DNA of 64,000 bases from Treponemataceae bacterium (GTDB lineage Bacteria; Spirochaetota; Spirochaetia; Treponematales; Rectinemataceae), in assembly GCA_963677895.2 (NCBI GenBank), contig CAXXGJ010000018.1, forward strand, positions 416,001 to 480,000, given 5' to 3'. A model generated the notes under the pieces. It was given only the letters and a program-made list of their open reading frames with translations, did no database searches and was not told the origin of the DNA. Made by a program: the position numbers and the translations under genes. Shown in pieces: positions 29,383 to 40,604 of the stretch; position 1 is the first letter of the stretch; each line of letters begins with the position of its first letter.

Positions 29383-29898
29383 TCTTCTGATCGCCGGACC
29401 CGCGAGAGCGTTGAACAGCCCCGAACCGAGTATTGCCCAGAGCGCGTTTATCTTCGTGAAAGCCGCGATGGCGAATGCCCCGAGCCCGAGAGCGAGAAGA
29501 ATCGGGTCGGCGGAGGAAGGCTTCAGCGCCCAGAGCGTCATGATCATCATGGCTGTGCTGCCCGTCCGCAGCGATTCGTTGATGGCAAGCTTGTCCAGCT
29601 TTACGCGCCGCGCGAGAAGCGTGGTGGCCACGATGGCCATGACCGGAAAAGCCACGACGGCGAGCGTTCCCGCCAGCGCCGAGAAGAATCCGCCGTGCTC
29701 CCAGCCTATCATCGTGGCCGCGTTGAGGGCGATCGGACCAGGCGTCGACTGGGCGATGGCGATGAGGGAGCGGAAATCGGTTTCGTTTAGCCAATGCGGG
29801 ACCACTTCGTTTTTGATGATGCCGACGGTCGACCAACCGCCGCCGAATGAGATGATGCCGACCTTGAAGAAAGTCCAGATTATTTCGAGCGTTTGCAT
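29362..29898 (-). CDS. Short-chain chromate transporter (ChrA half)
   Basis: FFKVGIISFGGG, AQSTPGP. Confidence 0.9.
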   Translation of the reverse strand: MQTLEIIWTFFKVGIISFGGGWSTVGIIKNEVVPHWLNETDFRSLIAIAQSTPGPIALNAATMIGWEHGGFFSALAGTLAVVAFPVMAIVATTLLARRVKLDKLAINESLRTGSTAMMIMTLWALKPSSADPILLALGLGAFAIAAFTKINALWAILGSGLFNALAGPAIRRLLGIGG

Positions 29899-30473
29899 GG
29901 TCCCTCGATGCAATAAAGCATGGCTATGGCCGCCAGCAGGATGGGAAGGCTGTATGCCGGCAGGAAGATAAGCACAAATGCGAGCGCGATGGTCTCGACG
30001 ATCCTGAGTACCGTCCAGGCCCTTTTGGTGGCTGTCTTATAGATCATCGCGGCGACGAGGCCAGGAACGACGGCGCCGGCTCCTTCGAGAAAGCGCTGGA
30101 CGGCGGGAAGCGATCCTATCTTGGCCAGCGCGCCGCTCACGAGAATCAGGGCGAAGAAGGGCGGAAGCACCACACCGAAAAAAGCGGCGACGGCGCCTTT
30201 CCACCCGCAGAGCCGGAGGGAGACGAGAAGGGCGGAACTCAGCGCGAGCGGTCCGGGAAAGGCTTGGGCGCGCGCGAATATGTCATAGAAATCCTTTTCA
30301 GCCATCCATCCTTTTTTTTCAAGGCTGGTTGCCATGACGGGCACGATTACATACCCGCCGCCCAGGGTGACTGAGTTGATTTTCGCCAGAAGCCAGAATA
30401 GACCAGCGGGCGTCGGGCTCTTGGGCTTCTCGAGGAGAGATTCATCGTTCGTGACAGGTGTTTTCGTCTTCAT
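29880..30473 (-). CDS. Short-chain chromate transporter (ChrA half)
   Basis: TLGGGY, AQAFPGP. Confidence 0.9.
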   Translation of the reverse strand: MKTKTPVTNDESLLEKPKSPTPAGLFWLLAKINSVTLGGGYVIVPVMATSLEKKGWMAEKDFYDIFARAQAFPGPLALSSALLVSLRLCGWKGAVAAFFGVVLPPFFALILVSGALAKIGSLPAVQRFLEGAGAVVPGLVAAMIYKTATKRAWTVLRIVETIALAFVLIFLPAYSLPILLAAIAMLYCIEGPCKRSK

Positions 30474-30500
30474 TGGAAATCCTCGGCGCAGTATAGCGGT

Positions 30501-33500
30501 TCATGCATGTTCCTGTCCAATGCCTAAGGAGGCCTGACGGGCGAGATAGAGCAGATCTTCATCGGAAACGGCGGAGTCTATCCATGTAAAGCCGGAACTT
30601 CTGAGCCAGTATAGGCCAATACTTGTTTTTTTACCTGGGATTATGCTTTCCGCCGCTCTCCTGTAAATATCCAGCTGGACCGCGTGGCGGGACGGGGTTT
30701 CTTCGGAATCCGATTTGAAGTCGATGACGATGACTTCGTCTCCTGTTTCGATCATGAGATCCATCCGGCCTTCGACGATAAAGTCGCCCAATTTGAGCAG
30801 GAAGGGTTTTTCGCTCGTTATCTCGGCGCCGGCGGGCAGGGATTTCCAGAAATCGCTGGACAGGAAATCGGCCGCCATGGATGTCGCGAGTTCGGTAGCC
30901 TTGGCTATGCCAGCGGGCGGCAAGCCGCGAATGAGGTCGTCGGATGGCATGAAGCCCGAAACCGTGCCGGTTTTGATGGCCTGTTCCACGGCGTCATGGC
31001 AGAGCGTGCCGAATATTTTAGGCGGGAGGGGCGACTGATCGCCGGGAGCGGGGGCGAGAATGGGGGCGGAGGTGCCCGAGGGCTGTGATGTCCTGATTTC
31101 GCGCTGGAAGCGCTCGAACTCGGTGGCGCTGAGATGGAGGCGGGGGAAGCGCCTGTCGAGCGTTTTCGCGTCCGCGTAGGCTTTAGCGAAGTCGCTCAAC
31201 GATGGTTTCGCTCGTCCCTTGTGCCAATGGCGCACATCGTCGACGGTTTTCGGCGCGAGAAAAGTCTTTTCGAGCCGCGCGGATGTCGACGCTCCAATAA
31301 CCGTCCCGGACGGGGCTTGATCCCGGATCGCCCGCATCGCGCAGTAGTTTTCCAGATAGTAGAGGAAAGAATTGCCTGTCGTATCGCCGCGCTTCTGCTG
31401 CTTCCCGAAGAAGAAAAGGTGATCCTCGGCTCTCGTGCAGGCAACGTAGAGAAGACGTTTTATTTCGGCGACGCCCATGTCGTTTTCAAGATTTTTCGCG
31501 AGCCTGAAGAAGATATTGTTCGCCTTGGCTCCGGGTTTGTCGTAGGGCTTTATATCCAGGGCGAGTCCTTCGGGCAGCATTTCCCAAATCGCCTGGCCGC
31601 GTTTTGTCGATCCGGAGTTTTCCGCCCAGGGCAGGATGACGATGGGGAACTGAAGCCCCTTCGATTTATGGATGGTGAGTATTTTCACGCCGGTAGCATT
31701 GCTTCTCGGGACATTCTCGATATCGAACTTGTCCGTCTCGCCTTCGATATATGGGCGAAGCTTCGCGAGGAAATCGGCGATTCCTCCATGGTCGCGGTCT
31801 ATGCCGGCCGCCATGTGAAAGAGGTAATCGAAATGCTCCAGGAAGGGATGGGCTTCGGGACGGGAAAGAATGGCCAGCCTGAGGCCGACGCGGTTCCATA
31901 CGTACTCCACGATATCCGAGACTGGGTTCGAGACGATCGATGCCCTGAATTCGGCGAAGAATGCTTTGGCTCTGTCGAGCATCGCGGAATCGCGGTCGGA
32001 AGAGGTCTCCAGCTCGAAAGCCGCGCCAGCCGATGTCATGAGTTCCAGGAAGGCTTGATCCGACACTCCGCAGAGCGGCGATCGAAGCACGGCCGCGTAA
32101 GCCGCCTTGTCTCCGGGGTCCAGCGCGTAGCTGAGAATGCTGTAGATGTCGTTCGCGGGAGATTCCCTGAACAGGCTGCGCGGACTTTCGGAATCAAAGG
32201 GTATGTCGAGGAGGCGCAAATACTTTTCGAGCCTGTGCTGATTGGTCGTGGTCCTGAGTAGGACGGCGAAATCGCCGTAGTCGGCCGTCCGAGCCGCATT
32301 CCCCGAAGCGGAACCTTTCGCGGGTCTCAGTTCCATAACGCCGCGGGACCGCTTGATGAATTGCGCGATTTCGAAGGCCAGACTGTCATCGGCACCCAAG
32401 GGCTCCGAGCCCGATCTTCCCTCGAGCGGCTCATCCGATGGGTCCTGGGTTTCCTCGCTCGTTTCCTTCTCTTCCTCGGGAGCGGGCAGGAGAAAATATC
32501 CGATTTTCGTGCCTGGGGAATCGGCTTGGGCCTGGGGCTGGGCTTGAGCCAGGGGACGGCCGGGCTCCATGTTCGCATAACGCGCGTGGAATTCCTTCGG
32601 GGTTCGCTCAGTCTCATCGCCCTTCGACATATCGTTTTTCGAACCTTCGGACATTACGAAAGCGAAGAAATCGTTGAAAAAACCGATGAGGGGAGGGGTA
32701 CTTCGATAATTGGCGGATAGGACGATATCGCCGGACAAGTCTTCCGATAATTCCCTGGAAAGCCGCTTGAAGACCGCGACATCAGCGCCCCTGAATCGAT
32801 ATATGGATTGTTTCTCGTCGCCGACGAAAAAGAGCTTGCCTTGTTCGAGTTCCTCCGGGCCGGGGATTCCTTCGGAAGCGTTTTCGCGTTTTTCGGCGAG
32901 CAGGTAGAGAAGGTTTTTCTGAAGCTCGTTGTTGTCCTGGAACTCATCGATCATGATGCTCTCGATGGCGTTTTTCCAGTATGCCCTGATGTCTTTGCGG
33001 CGCTTCAATACATGGACGGCGCAGGCGCCGAGGTCCTTGAAATCCATGAGATCAGCCAGACGTTTCGCCTCGGCGACTTCCGCGGCGAATTCGTCCAGTC
33101 TGTCGAAAAGCGAGCAGTGGGAGGGGAATACCGCTTGGTATTCGGCGAAATCCAGAAGGTTGCGCGCTTCATCCCTGGCTTCTTTCGCGATGGCCTTGAT
33201 GGACTGCTCTGCTTCGCTTTTGCCGTATGAACGCATCGCGAGTTCGGTGAAGGCGTCTAAATGCCGCGAAAAGAACGATAGGTCGGGAGGCGTCGAGGGA
33301 TCATGGCCTATGGCTTCGATAAATGCCGATGAACAGGCAATGGCCGAGGCGCAGTCGGCCCTGGGGGCCGGGGCGCCGGATGAAAGGGCGATGATCTCTC
33401 CGGCCATTGCGGCGAGGCGCTTGAACGCCGCGCCCGCCTTTTCGGCGGCCAGCGCCCTGAGCGACTCCTTCATGGGCGAAAACTGCTTTTCGGCGAGCGA

Positions 33501-34040
33501 GAGCGGGGTTATGAAGCGCGAGCCGAGGTCGCCGAAAAGGCGGGCGGCCACTTCGTCGAAGGGAAATGACATCAGCGTTTCCCTTATGCCCGGCTTTTCC
33601 CTGTTTCTCAGCACATAACGATAGGCGATGCTTCTGGCGAGATCGGCCGACTTTTCCGCGTCGATCGCGAACTCGGGACTGTACCCGAAGTCCCGGGCGG
33701 CCTGGCGGACAATTTCCGCGCAGAAGGCATCGAGCGTGGTGATGTGGTTGTTCTGGAATTCGTCCAGTTGCCCGCGCGCCCATGGCGATGTCTGGGCAGC
33801 CAATTCGCCGTAGATGCGCTCATACATTTCGGCGGCCGCTTTTCGCGTGAAGGTGAGGGCAAGTATAGAGCGGACGGGGAGTTTTTTCTCGACGACGAGG
33901 TGTATGTAACGCGACGCGAGCACGGTCGTCTTGCCGGCTCCCGCCCCTGCGGTCACGACGCAATTGCGTTCGGCCGTCGCCGCCGTTCTCTGCCGCTCAT
34001 CGAGCCTTTCGAGATACATTGGATACTGGGCCGGGTTCAT
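30501..34040 (-). CDS. addA: ATP-dependent helicase/nuclease subunit A (UvrD + RecB-type nuclease)
   Basis: AGAGAGKTT, LTFTRKAAAEM, DEFQD, VGDEKQSIYRFRGA, TIHKSKGLQF, YVACTRA, GRMDL...IDFKSD; ATGA overlap with addB stop. Confidence 0.9.
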   Translation of the reverse strand: MNPAQYPMYLERLDERQRTAATAERNCVVTAGAGAGKTTVLASRYIHLVVEKKLPVRSILALTFTRKAAAEMYERIYGELAAQTSPWARGQLDEFQNNHITTLDAFCAEIVRQAARDFGYSPEFAIDAEKSADLARSIAYRYVLRNREKPGIRETLMSFPFDEVAARLFGDLGSRFITPLSLAEKQFSPMKESLRALAAEKAGAAFKRLAAMAGEIIALSSGAPAPRADCASAIACSSAFIEAIGHDPSTPPDLSFFSRHLDAFTELAMRSYGKSEAEQSIKAIAKEARDEARNLLDFAEYQAVFPSHCSLFDRLDEFAAEVAEAKRLADLMDFKDLGACAVHVLKRRKDIRAYWKNAIESIMIDEFQDNNELQKNLLYLLAEKRENASEGIPGPEELEQGKLFFVGDEKQSIYRFRGADVAVFKRLSRELSEDLSGDIVLSANYRSTPPLIGFFNDFFAFVMSEGSKNDMSKGDETERTPKEFHARYANMEPGRPLAQAQPQAQADSPGTKIGYFLLPAPEEEKETSEETQDPSDEPLEGRSGSEPLGADDSLAFEIAQFIKRSRGVMELRPAKGSASGNAARTADYGDFAVLLRTTTNQHRLEKYLRLLDIPFDSESPRSLFRESPANDIYSILSYALDPGDKAAYAAVLRSPLCGVSDQAFLELMTSAGAAFELETSSDRDSAMLDRAKAFFAEFRASIVSNPVSDIVEYVWNRVGLRLAILSRPEAHPFLEHFDYLFHMAAGIDRDHGGIADFLAKLRPYIEGETDKFDIENVPRSNATGVKILTIHKSKGLQFPIVILPWAENSGSTKRGQAIWEMLPEGLALDIKPYDKPGAKANNIFFRLAKNLENDMGVAEIKRLLYVACTRAEDHLFFFGKQQKRGDTTGNSFLYYLENYCAMRAIRDQAPSGTVIGASTSARLEKTFLAPKTVDDVRHWHKGRAKPSLSDFAKAYADAKTLDRRFPRLHLSATEFERFQREIRTSQPSGTSAPILAPAPGDQSPLPPKIFGTLCHDAVEQAIKTGTVSGFMPSDDLIRGLPPAGIAKATELATSMAADFLSSDFWKSLPAGAEITSEKPFLLKLGDFIVEGRMDLMIETGDEVIVIDFKSDSEETPSRHAVQLDIYRRAAESIIPGKKTSIGLYWLRSSGFTWIDSAVSDEDLLYLARQASLGIGQEHA

Positions 34041-36799
34041 AGACGCTCCGATGAAAAATAAGCCCTGCAGATGGGGCGCATTGGGCACGCGGCGCAGCCC
34101 TCGGACGATGGCGTTATGGACAGGAAGGATCCGCCTTTGATGATTCCCGACGCTTTTCGCAACGCCACGGCGAGAGCCTCGCGTTCCGGATCGAATTCTT
34201 CGCGGCCGGATCGGCCGCCCCCGGGTCCGAAAACGACGACCGCCTTGCTTTCCTCTATGGACCAGTAAAGGGCCAATTCCACGGGTTTCCCTTCGCCTTC
34301 CAGTATCGCCGCATAGCTCGCTATCTGGAAATCGCCGAGTTCCCCGTTTTGATTGACGAGGAATTCCTTTTTTTTGGGCGTGCTGTTTTTTTTGTAGTCG
34401 ATGATGGCGAATTCCTCATGGCGCGGGGTCGCCGGGTCGTGGCTTCCCTGTTTCCCGGAGATCCTGTCCGCTCGCCCCTCGAGCGATAAACCCAGGTCTT
34501 CGAACTTTCTGGCCAGAGGTATTTCAAAATCGCCTATCTCCCATCCATCGGCCTTGAAGCTAGTTTCGAAATCCAGGATCCGCGTGATCCTGTCGCGGAT
34601 TTTCGGCAGGGCAGCCTCCATGGCGGGTTCGACGGCAGGTCCGTTTTGCCTCGTTATCTGCTTAAGCGCTTGCCTGAAGGCCGATTCAATCCATCCTTCA
34701 TATTCATCTTTCCTGGCGGCCGAAAAGCCGCCGTCCTTTAGCGCGATATCCTGCAGGAGGCTTCTGATGAGGGCGTGGGTCAGCGAGCCTTCGGTTACGT
34801 TGGCGATGCCTGAAGGTCCCTTATCTACATCGGGTACGCAGGTTAGGAACCATTTGAAGGGGCACTGCATCAGGTTTTTGAGCTTGGCGGGCGAAATCTT
34901 GAAAAGCGGAGCGGCGTCGCACGAGGGAAGCTTGAGAAGTCGGGCGGGATCTAGTTTCCGCCCGCCCTTGGCCGGAGACAGAACGCGCTGGCCGTCGGTT
35001 CTCATCGCCGAGAAATAACCCATGGCCGCGGTCTTTCTGTCGGCCGGCAGACGCGCGGGCAGGTCGCCGGCCGCGGAATCGCGCCACGCGCGCGATTCCG
35101 CGGCATCGGCGAGCTCTGGAATTCGATCCTGCCCGATCTTTACCTGCCTCGCTCCTTTGCGCAGGAAGTAGGGATGGGGAACCGAATATCCCGATAAGCC
35201 TTTTTCGGCGTGGCAGTATACGGCGTTCACCGCGTTGAAGGAGGACAGCAGCGCTTCGCTGACATCGGCTTCATTCAACTGTCCGCGCATTTCCTTTGGA
35301 ACGCGGGAAAAATATCCGAGGGCGGGGTCCAGGGAATCCTGCGATACGTCCATGACGAAATGGATCGGGGCGGCGATGAGCATTCCGATGTGGTAGGGGA
35401 ATACCGATATCGCGTTGAGCGATTCGTCGCTTTTGTAGCGCGCGGCGTCGAGGGCGAGGAGAAGCGTTTCCAGGGGGCTGGCCGCGAGAGCGGGATTCCC
35501 AATCTGGGAATGCCATTGATCCAGGGCATCCAGTTCTTCCAGAACGCGTTGAAGGGTACGGTCGGCTTCCGAATTCGATAGCGGCTCTTCTAGGAAGTTG
35601 TCCTTGAAATCGTGGATGGCGCGGCGAAGAGCGTTGAACGAACGAGCGCTCGTCATCGAATGCGCGATCTTGTTCAGGGAAGAATACAGCGAGATCACCT
35701 GGCTGCCCGGATCCGGACAGAGGGATAAGGTTTTTTTCCAAAGTTCGAACATGTACTGTCCGTCGATGGAAAATTCCGGGATGTTGTACTGCGACGCGAA
35801 ACGGATGAGATCCAAGGCTATGGACTCGTTTTTCCAGATGAAGGCTCCCCGGTCGAAAAGTATCCGCAAAGTCCTGAGCGAAAAACCCTCGGACGCGGCG
35901 CGTGACAAGGAGAGAAGAAGCTTGCCGAAAGGATAAGCCGCGAGCGGCTGCCCTACGCGGAAATCCATCGGCAGCGCATATTGTTTCGCCAACAATTTTA
36001 TGTGCGCCTGTATTTCCGGAGTGGACGCGGGAATACTTATGGCGATATCGGCCGGCTGCAGGCCTTCATTCAGAAGCGAAGCGCAATTCGCCAGCACCGA
36101 TCGCAGTTCCTCTCGAAACGTCGCGAATTTGAACAAGGTGATTTCGGAAGCGGACCCCGAAAAGATTTCTACTGACAAGAACCTTTTCAGAATTTCCGCT
36201 CTTTTCTCGTATCCGGGCATGAGCGCAGGTTCGAACAGAATATAGCGATTTTTCTCTTCCCTAGCGGGGGAGAGGTGACTCGATTCATAGATGCCATTTT
36301 CTTCCAGAAAGCGTGAATACTTTTCCGAAAGCGCCGCATAGTCGGCGACCTCGTCTTGGTCGATTAAATGTGCGGGAGGAAGACGGCGCAGCTCAAAGGA
36401 TAGATCGCGCAACGTAGGCGCAAGTTTCGCGAAAATTGAGGCCGCTGACAGCGCCGAGCTCATCCCTGGCTTGATCAGGCCGCGGAGGAACGGCGATTTC
36501 GACTGTTCTTCCAGGATCAGAAGCGCCCATAGCAGGCGCGATCGCGAATCGGCTTTTTTCTTTGCCTGCGGAATATTTTTTTGCGTTATGCGGTCTATGA
36601 AGGTATCCCAGCCGAGGAATCTGTCCGTCTCGATCGCGCCTATCCCCGGTTGTCCCAGCGAGGCTTCCGCCCAGGAGTCGGCGGAAACCTGAGTGGGAAA
36701 TACGAAATAGGTATTTCTATCCTTCACGTGATCGGAGATTTTTTTCGCGATCGCGCTTCCCCGGGCCGTCCCGGGCGATACCTTCGGATAGTCAGTCAT
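34037..36799 (-). CDS. addB: AddB/RexB-like PD-(D/E)XK nuclease subunit
   Basis: ISPAKLKNLMQCPF, GRADRI, IIDYK, Q..SY, CAACPMRPIC (Fe-S staple cysteines). Confidence 0.85.
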   Translation of the reverse strand: MTDYPKVSPGTARGSAIAKKISDHVKDRNTYFVFPTQVSADSWAEASLGQPGIGAIETDRFLGWDTFIDRITQKNIPQAKKKADSRSRLLWALLILEEQSKSPFLRGLIKPGMSSALSAASIFAKLAPTLRDLSFELRRLPPAHLIDQDEVADYAALSEKYSRFLEENGIYESSHLSPAREEKNRYILFEPALMPGYEKRAEILKRFLSVEIFSGSASEITLFKFATFREELRSVLANCASLLNEGLQPADIAISIPASTPEIQAHIKLLAKQYALPMDFRVGQPLAAYPFGKLLLSLSRAASEGFSLRTLRILFDRGAFIWKNESIALDLIRFASQYNIPEFSIDGQYMFELWKKTLSLCPDPGSQVISLYSSLNKIAHSMTSARSFNALRRAIHDFKDNFLEEPLSNSEADRTLQRVLEELDALDQWHSQIGNPALAASPLETLLLALDAARYKSDESLNAISVFPYHIGMLIAAPIHFVMDVSQDSLDPALGYFSRVPKEMRGQLNEADVSEALLSSFNAVNAVYCHAEKGLSGYSVPHPYFLRKGARQVKIGQDRIPELADAAESRAWRDSAAGDLPARLPADRKTAAMGYFSAMRTDGQRVLSPAKGGRKLDPARLLKLPSCDAAPLFKISPAKLKNLMQCPFKWFLTCVPDVDKGPSGIANVTEGSLTHALIRSLLQDIALKDGGFSAARKDEYEGWIESAFRQALKQITRQNGPAVEPAMEAALPKIRDRITRILDFETSFKADGWEIGDFEIPLARKFEDLGLSLEGRADRISGKQGSHDPATPRHEEFAIIDYKKNSTPKKKEFLVNQNGELGDFQIASYAAILEGEGKPVELALYWSIEESKAVVVFGPGGGRSGREEFDPEREALAVALRKASGIIKGGSFLSITPSSEGCAACPMRPICRAYFSSERL

Positions 36800-39700
36800 T
36801 CTCGATTATCGCAATCAGATCCGCGACTCTGAAGCAGCTCCTTTCCTCGGCCTTGTGCGCGATGTCGCAGACCTCGAAGGCTTGGATATCCGCGGCTTCG
36901 GCCAGTACCGTCATAATCTCCGGCACGCTCGGTTTCTCCCTTAAATCAACGCGGGCAAGGGCGTTTTCGAGAAGAGCGAAACAGGGCCAAAGTTCGAGCA
37001 AAGCATCGAATTTTTCCTTGTTGTAATAATCCTTCCCTTCCCACGTATTTATGCCCAAGGCTTCCCTGGCTTCGTGATCGTGGCTGGCCCAACGCACGAG
37101 TTCGGAAGCCCTCGCTTTCGGTGACGTCTGGGAAGGCGAATGCTTTTCCGCTGGCAGCTTGGGTGAGCGGGACGAAGTGTCCCGCGACCTTGTCGCGAAG
37201 GCGAACATAAGCGAACACAGCGCCTTCCCGTCGATCCGGTCGAGCGCGGTCTTGGACGCGTTCGCAGCCTCGTCGCTCGTTTCCGTCAAGGCTTTTCTCG
37301 CCGAGGATTCGGCATCGGCCAGCATCGCCGCTTGGATTAGTTTTTTCTTGACGAGGAATTTTTCGAGGATATAGCGCAATTCCTCGGTTTCGTTCGCGCC
37401 CGCGTTCACGCAAGACAGGCCGGCGATGAAAATATAATGAAGGAAGGCGCCCAGCGCGCGTTCCGAATCGAGAAGGGTTTTGAAATAGGATAAGGCGGTG
37501 AGGCGTCGGCTTTCCTTTATCGTTCTTATGAAAGATGTATGGAGCATCGTATCGAGGATGGCGATGCCCGTTTCGATGACGGCTCTGCCGCGCGAGACGG
37601 CCGCGATGCCCGGTCCCGGTCCTCCATCCTCCGCTATGGCCTGGGCGATGCGGGAGAAATACGCCTCCGCATCGATGCCTGCCTGGTCTATGGCCTCGGC
37701 AATGTTCCCGTCGAGAATAAAAGTCTTTTTGCAGTTATTGATGGATGTTATCGCTTTAGCCAGGGTATGATAGAGTTCAGGCTGCGCCGCTTCCTCGAGC
37801 GCGTCGTCCAGGTCGGCGATTCCTCTTCCCTTGAGGGAGATCCAGAGCCGCTCGTAACGGCCATCCATGTCGTGGACGCGGTTGAATTCGCTGAATATTA
37901 GCGTTTGGTAGCCTTCAAGATCGACATGCCATCCTTGAGTCTCCAGATCGGAACAGCGGTAAATATGCCACAAGCCTGATCGTATCTCGAAGGCGGCGAC
38001 GAAGTTGCCCGGTCCGGTATCCAGCGCGAGCGCGCGCACGATGGATTTCGTTCTGAGGTGTTTTTTCCCGTCCTGCTGTTTTTCCGCGTACCCGCAGCTC
38101 GTCGATATTTTGCCGGAACTGCGTTTCCAGCAGTTGTTGTAGAAAATGAGGGCCCTGTCCTCTTCTCCGCGGCCGTTTGAGTAGGCGAAAACGTTTTCGT
38201 CGATGCTGCCTTCGTCGGTCGTGAAGTCGAAAAGGCAGAAGTTGTCCACTTCCGCGAATAGTTTCCTCATCCTGAAAAGCGGGAATATATCCTTTTCATG
38301 ACGCGCCATGAGCGCGTCGTCGGGTTTTTCGTCCCGATAGGAGCGCTTATATTCCATTCCGTATTTTTCGGTGAATCCCTCGATCTGACCATGGCCGATC
38401 ATCGGCATTCCCGGCATGGTGGCGAGCATCGTGCATACGCCGAAATATTTATCGCCGGCGCCGAATTGGGCGATGGCCGTTTCCTCGTCGGGATTGCTCA
38501 TGAAATTGACGAAGCGTTTCAGGATCTGTTTGTCGAATTCCTGTGTGTTCTTGATCGTTAGGCGATACAGGGAATTCTTCTCGTCTTTAAGCATGTTCAT
38601 GAAGGCGGAGTTGTAGACTCTATGCATGCCGAGCGTCCGGGTGAAATAACCTTCCATCATCCAGAACGCTTCGGCGAGGAGGAGCGTGTCGGGAGATTTT
38701 TCCGCGCATTCATCGACGACCTCCCGCCAGAATTCCTGCGGCATCGCGCCGTCGAAAATCTCCTCCGGCATCGAATGTTCCGCGCGGGAGGGGATGGCTC
38801 CGCCTGAGCCTGGGGCGGGATACCATAATCGCCTGATATGCTGTTTCGCGAGAACCATGGCCGCGTCAAAGCGTATGATGCTGAAATGCCGGGCTACCTG
38901 AAGTATCTTTTCCTTTACGGCGGCGCGCGCTTCGGGATTGAGAAAATCGATCTGGGCCGTGTCGTTCCATGCCATTCCGGTTCCGTCGTTGCCGTGGTAG
39001 ATGTAACTCGTCTTGCCGCTCCGCCTGTCGAGGCGCTTGAAGACGACGGCGGCATCCGATCTCGTGTAGTAATGATCTTCGAGCCAGAGGCCGATGGATG
39101 GGTCTTCGGACAAATCCGGCCCGTGGAAGGTGTAGCTGGGAAAGGGACAATAATCCGAACCGATGAAGAGATCGGGCCTTTCCCTGATCCATGCCGAGTC
39201 CATTCCCGTATGATTGGGAACCATGTCGGCCGCGAGTCTGATGCCTCTCCATAGACAACGTCCCCTGAATGAATCCAGGGCTTCCCATCCCCCTAGTTCC
39301 GGGGCTATCTCGTAATCGAAAAGCGAATAGGCCGAAGCCGCGGCTTCGGGGTTTCCGCAATAGCGCTTGATCTTTTCGCTGGCTGGACTTCTCTGCCAGA
39401 TGCCGATGAGCCAAAGCCCGCTGATGCCCCTCGAGGCGATGGCGTCCAGTTCCTGGTCGGGAATCTCATCCAGCCTTTTGATGGGTCTTCCGAACGTTTC
39501 CGAAAGCTGATGAAGCCAGACAAGGGCGTTCTTGGCCAGAAGGACGAGCGAGGGCATCCAATCCTTGTCCTGGGTGAATTTTTCATACTCGTGCCGGGAC
39601 GATATATATCGATAGGCCTCCACAGGTCCGGGACCCGGCGGGAAACGGGGCGTTTCCTCTTCTTTAATTAGATCGAGGCTCCTGAGTATCTTCATGCCGA

Positions 39701-40448
39701 TCTCGTCGAAACTGGCTCCCCAATTGTCTTTTATCCACACAAGCTGGGCTTCGAGCGATTCCGGCGCCGCTTTCGCGGGCATGCGAAGCAGTTCCATCAA
39801 ATCGACCTTGTCGCCGACGGGGCCGAAGCTGGGAAGTTTCCTGCTCGCGCGTTCGATCGCTTCGAAGACTTCCTTGTATTTTGTCTTGCCGGCAACGCTA
39901 TCGCTCTCCGGTCCTGCCGCGCGGATGCCGTCGTCGAAGAGGAATCGAAAGGGAAGGAAGGCCGGATTTTCATTGGCGATCTTGAGAAGGATGAGTTCCT
40001 CCAAAGCGAGTTCCCTGTTGGGCACGGCTTTTTCTCCCGTCCCAGGGGTGGAGCTGCCCTCGAGCCAGTTCTCCACGCTCGCGGTTCCCCTATAGACTTC
40101 GAGAGGCGGAAATTGGGCGCTGAATTCACGGAGCAGGGATCCGCATTCAACGGCGCCGATTTCCTTATTCACCGCGCCGAGGAAGCGCTCGATGACATCG
40201 GGGGCTACCGTTTTCCTGTAGATTCCGATCACTATATGGAGGATTTCATCGATAAGCCCCATGGCGTTGAGTCGGCCCGCGCTGAGCTTCGTGCTGTCCT
40301 GTCCAGCGATCACCTTCAGTCCGCGCAGCTTTTCCGCGAGATTTCTCGCCGCCGAGAAATCCGGAAGAATGAGGTTTCCCGTGGTTCGGAAAAGGGCAGA
40401 GTTGATCCCCAAGGTCGAACGGATCGAGGCATGGATATGGAACTCCAT
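36792..40448 (-). CDS. Large GH13 alpha-amylase-family protein (alternative start at 40535)
   Basis: DMVPNH, WNDTAQIDF, IRFDAAM (nucleophile), LLAEAFW (acid/base), NPDE. Confidence 0.88.
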   Translation of the reverse strand: MEFHIHASIRSTLGINSALFRTTGNLILPDFSAARNLAEKLRGLKVIAGQDSTKLSAGRLNAMGLIDEILHIVIGIYRKTVAPDVIERFLGAVNKEIGAVECGSLLREFSAQFPPLEVYRGTASVENWLEGSSTPGTGEKAVPNRELALEELILLKIANENPAFLPFRFLFDDGIRAAGPESDSVAGKTKYKEVFEAIERASRKLPSFGPVGDKVDLMELLRMPAKAAPESLEAQLVWIKDNWGASFDEIGMKILRSLDLIKEEETPRFPPGPGPVEAYRYISSRHEYEKFTQDKDWMPSLVLLAKNALVWLHQLSETFGRPIKRLDEIPDQELDAIASRGISGLWLIGIWQRSPASEKIKRYCGNPEAAASAYSLFDYEIAPELGGWEALDSFRGRCLWRGIRLAADMVPNHTGMDSAWIRERPDLFIGSDYCPFPSYTFHGPDLSEDPSIGLWLEDHYYTRSDAAVVFKRLDRRSGKTSYIYHGNDGTGMAWNDTAQIDFLNPEARAAVKEKILQVARHFSIIRFDAAMVLAKQHIRRLWYPAPGSGGAIPSRAEHSMPEEIFDGAMPQEFWREVVDECAEKSPDTLLLAEAFWMMEGYFTRTLGMHRVYNSAFMNMLKDEKNSLYRLTIKNTQEFDKQILKRFVNFMSNPDEETAIAQFGAGDKYFGVCTMLATMPGMPMIGHGQIEGFTEKYGMEYKRSYRDEKPDDALMARHEKDIFPLFRMRKLFAEVDNFCLFDFTTDEGSIDENVFAYSNGRGEEDRALIFYNNCWKRSSGKISTSCGYAEKQQDGKKHLRTKSIVRALALDTGPGNFVAAFEIRSGLWHIYRCSDLETQGWHVDLEGYQTLIFSEFNRVHDMDGRYERLWISLKGRGIADLDDALEEAAQPELYHTLAKAITSINNCKKTFILDGNIAEAIDQAGIDAEAYFSRIAQAIAEDGGPGPGIAAVSRGRAVIETGIAILDTMLHTSFIRTIKESRRLTALSYFKTLLDSERALGAFLHYIFIAGLSCVNAGANETEELRYILEKFLVKKKLIQAAMLADAESSARKALTETSDEAANASKTALDRIDGKALCSLMFAFATRSRDTSSRSPKLPAEKHSPSQTSPKARASELVRWASHDHEAREALGINTWEGKDYYNKEKFDALLELWPCFALLENALARVDLREKPSVPEIMTVLAEAADIQAFEVCDIAHKAEERSCFRVADLIAIIEND

Positions 40449-40541
40449 GATCCTGTCTCCGGTTGAACAGCGTTGCGAACCGCCTTCAAAAGCCGCCAAC
40501 GTGCACGCGAGCGCGTATTCCTTATGGGTTCTCATACGTCA

Positions 40542-40570
40542 AATATAGCTCTGCCCCCTTCTCTGTACAA
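40542..40570 (-). promoter_or_regulatory. Sigma70-like promoter for the GH13-addB-addA unit
   Basis: Minus strand TTGTAC-17 nt-TATATT. Confidence 0.6.
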
Positions 40571-40604
40571 GCATAAATAATTGCTACACAAGGTTGGAAG
40601 GATC

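Noticed and set aside
29362..30473. Split chrA as a pseudogene
   Set aside because: Paired short-chain CHR genes are a known normal arrangement.
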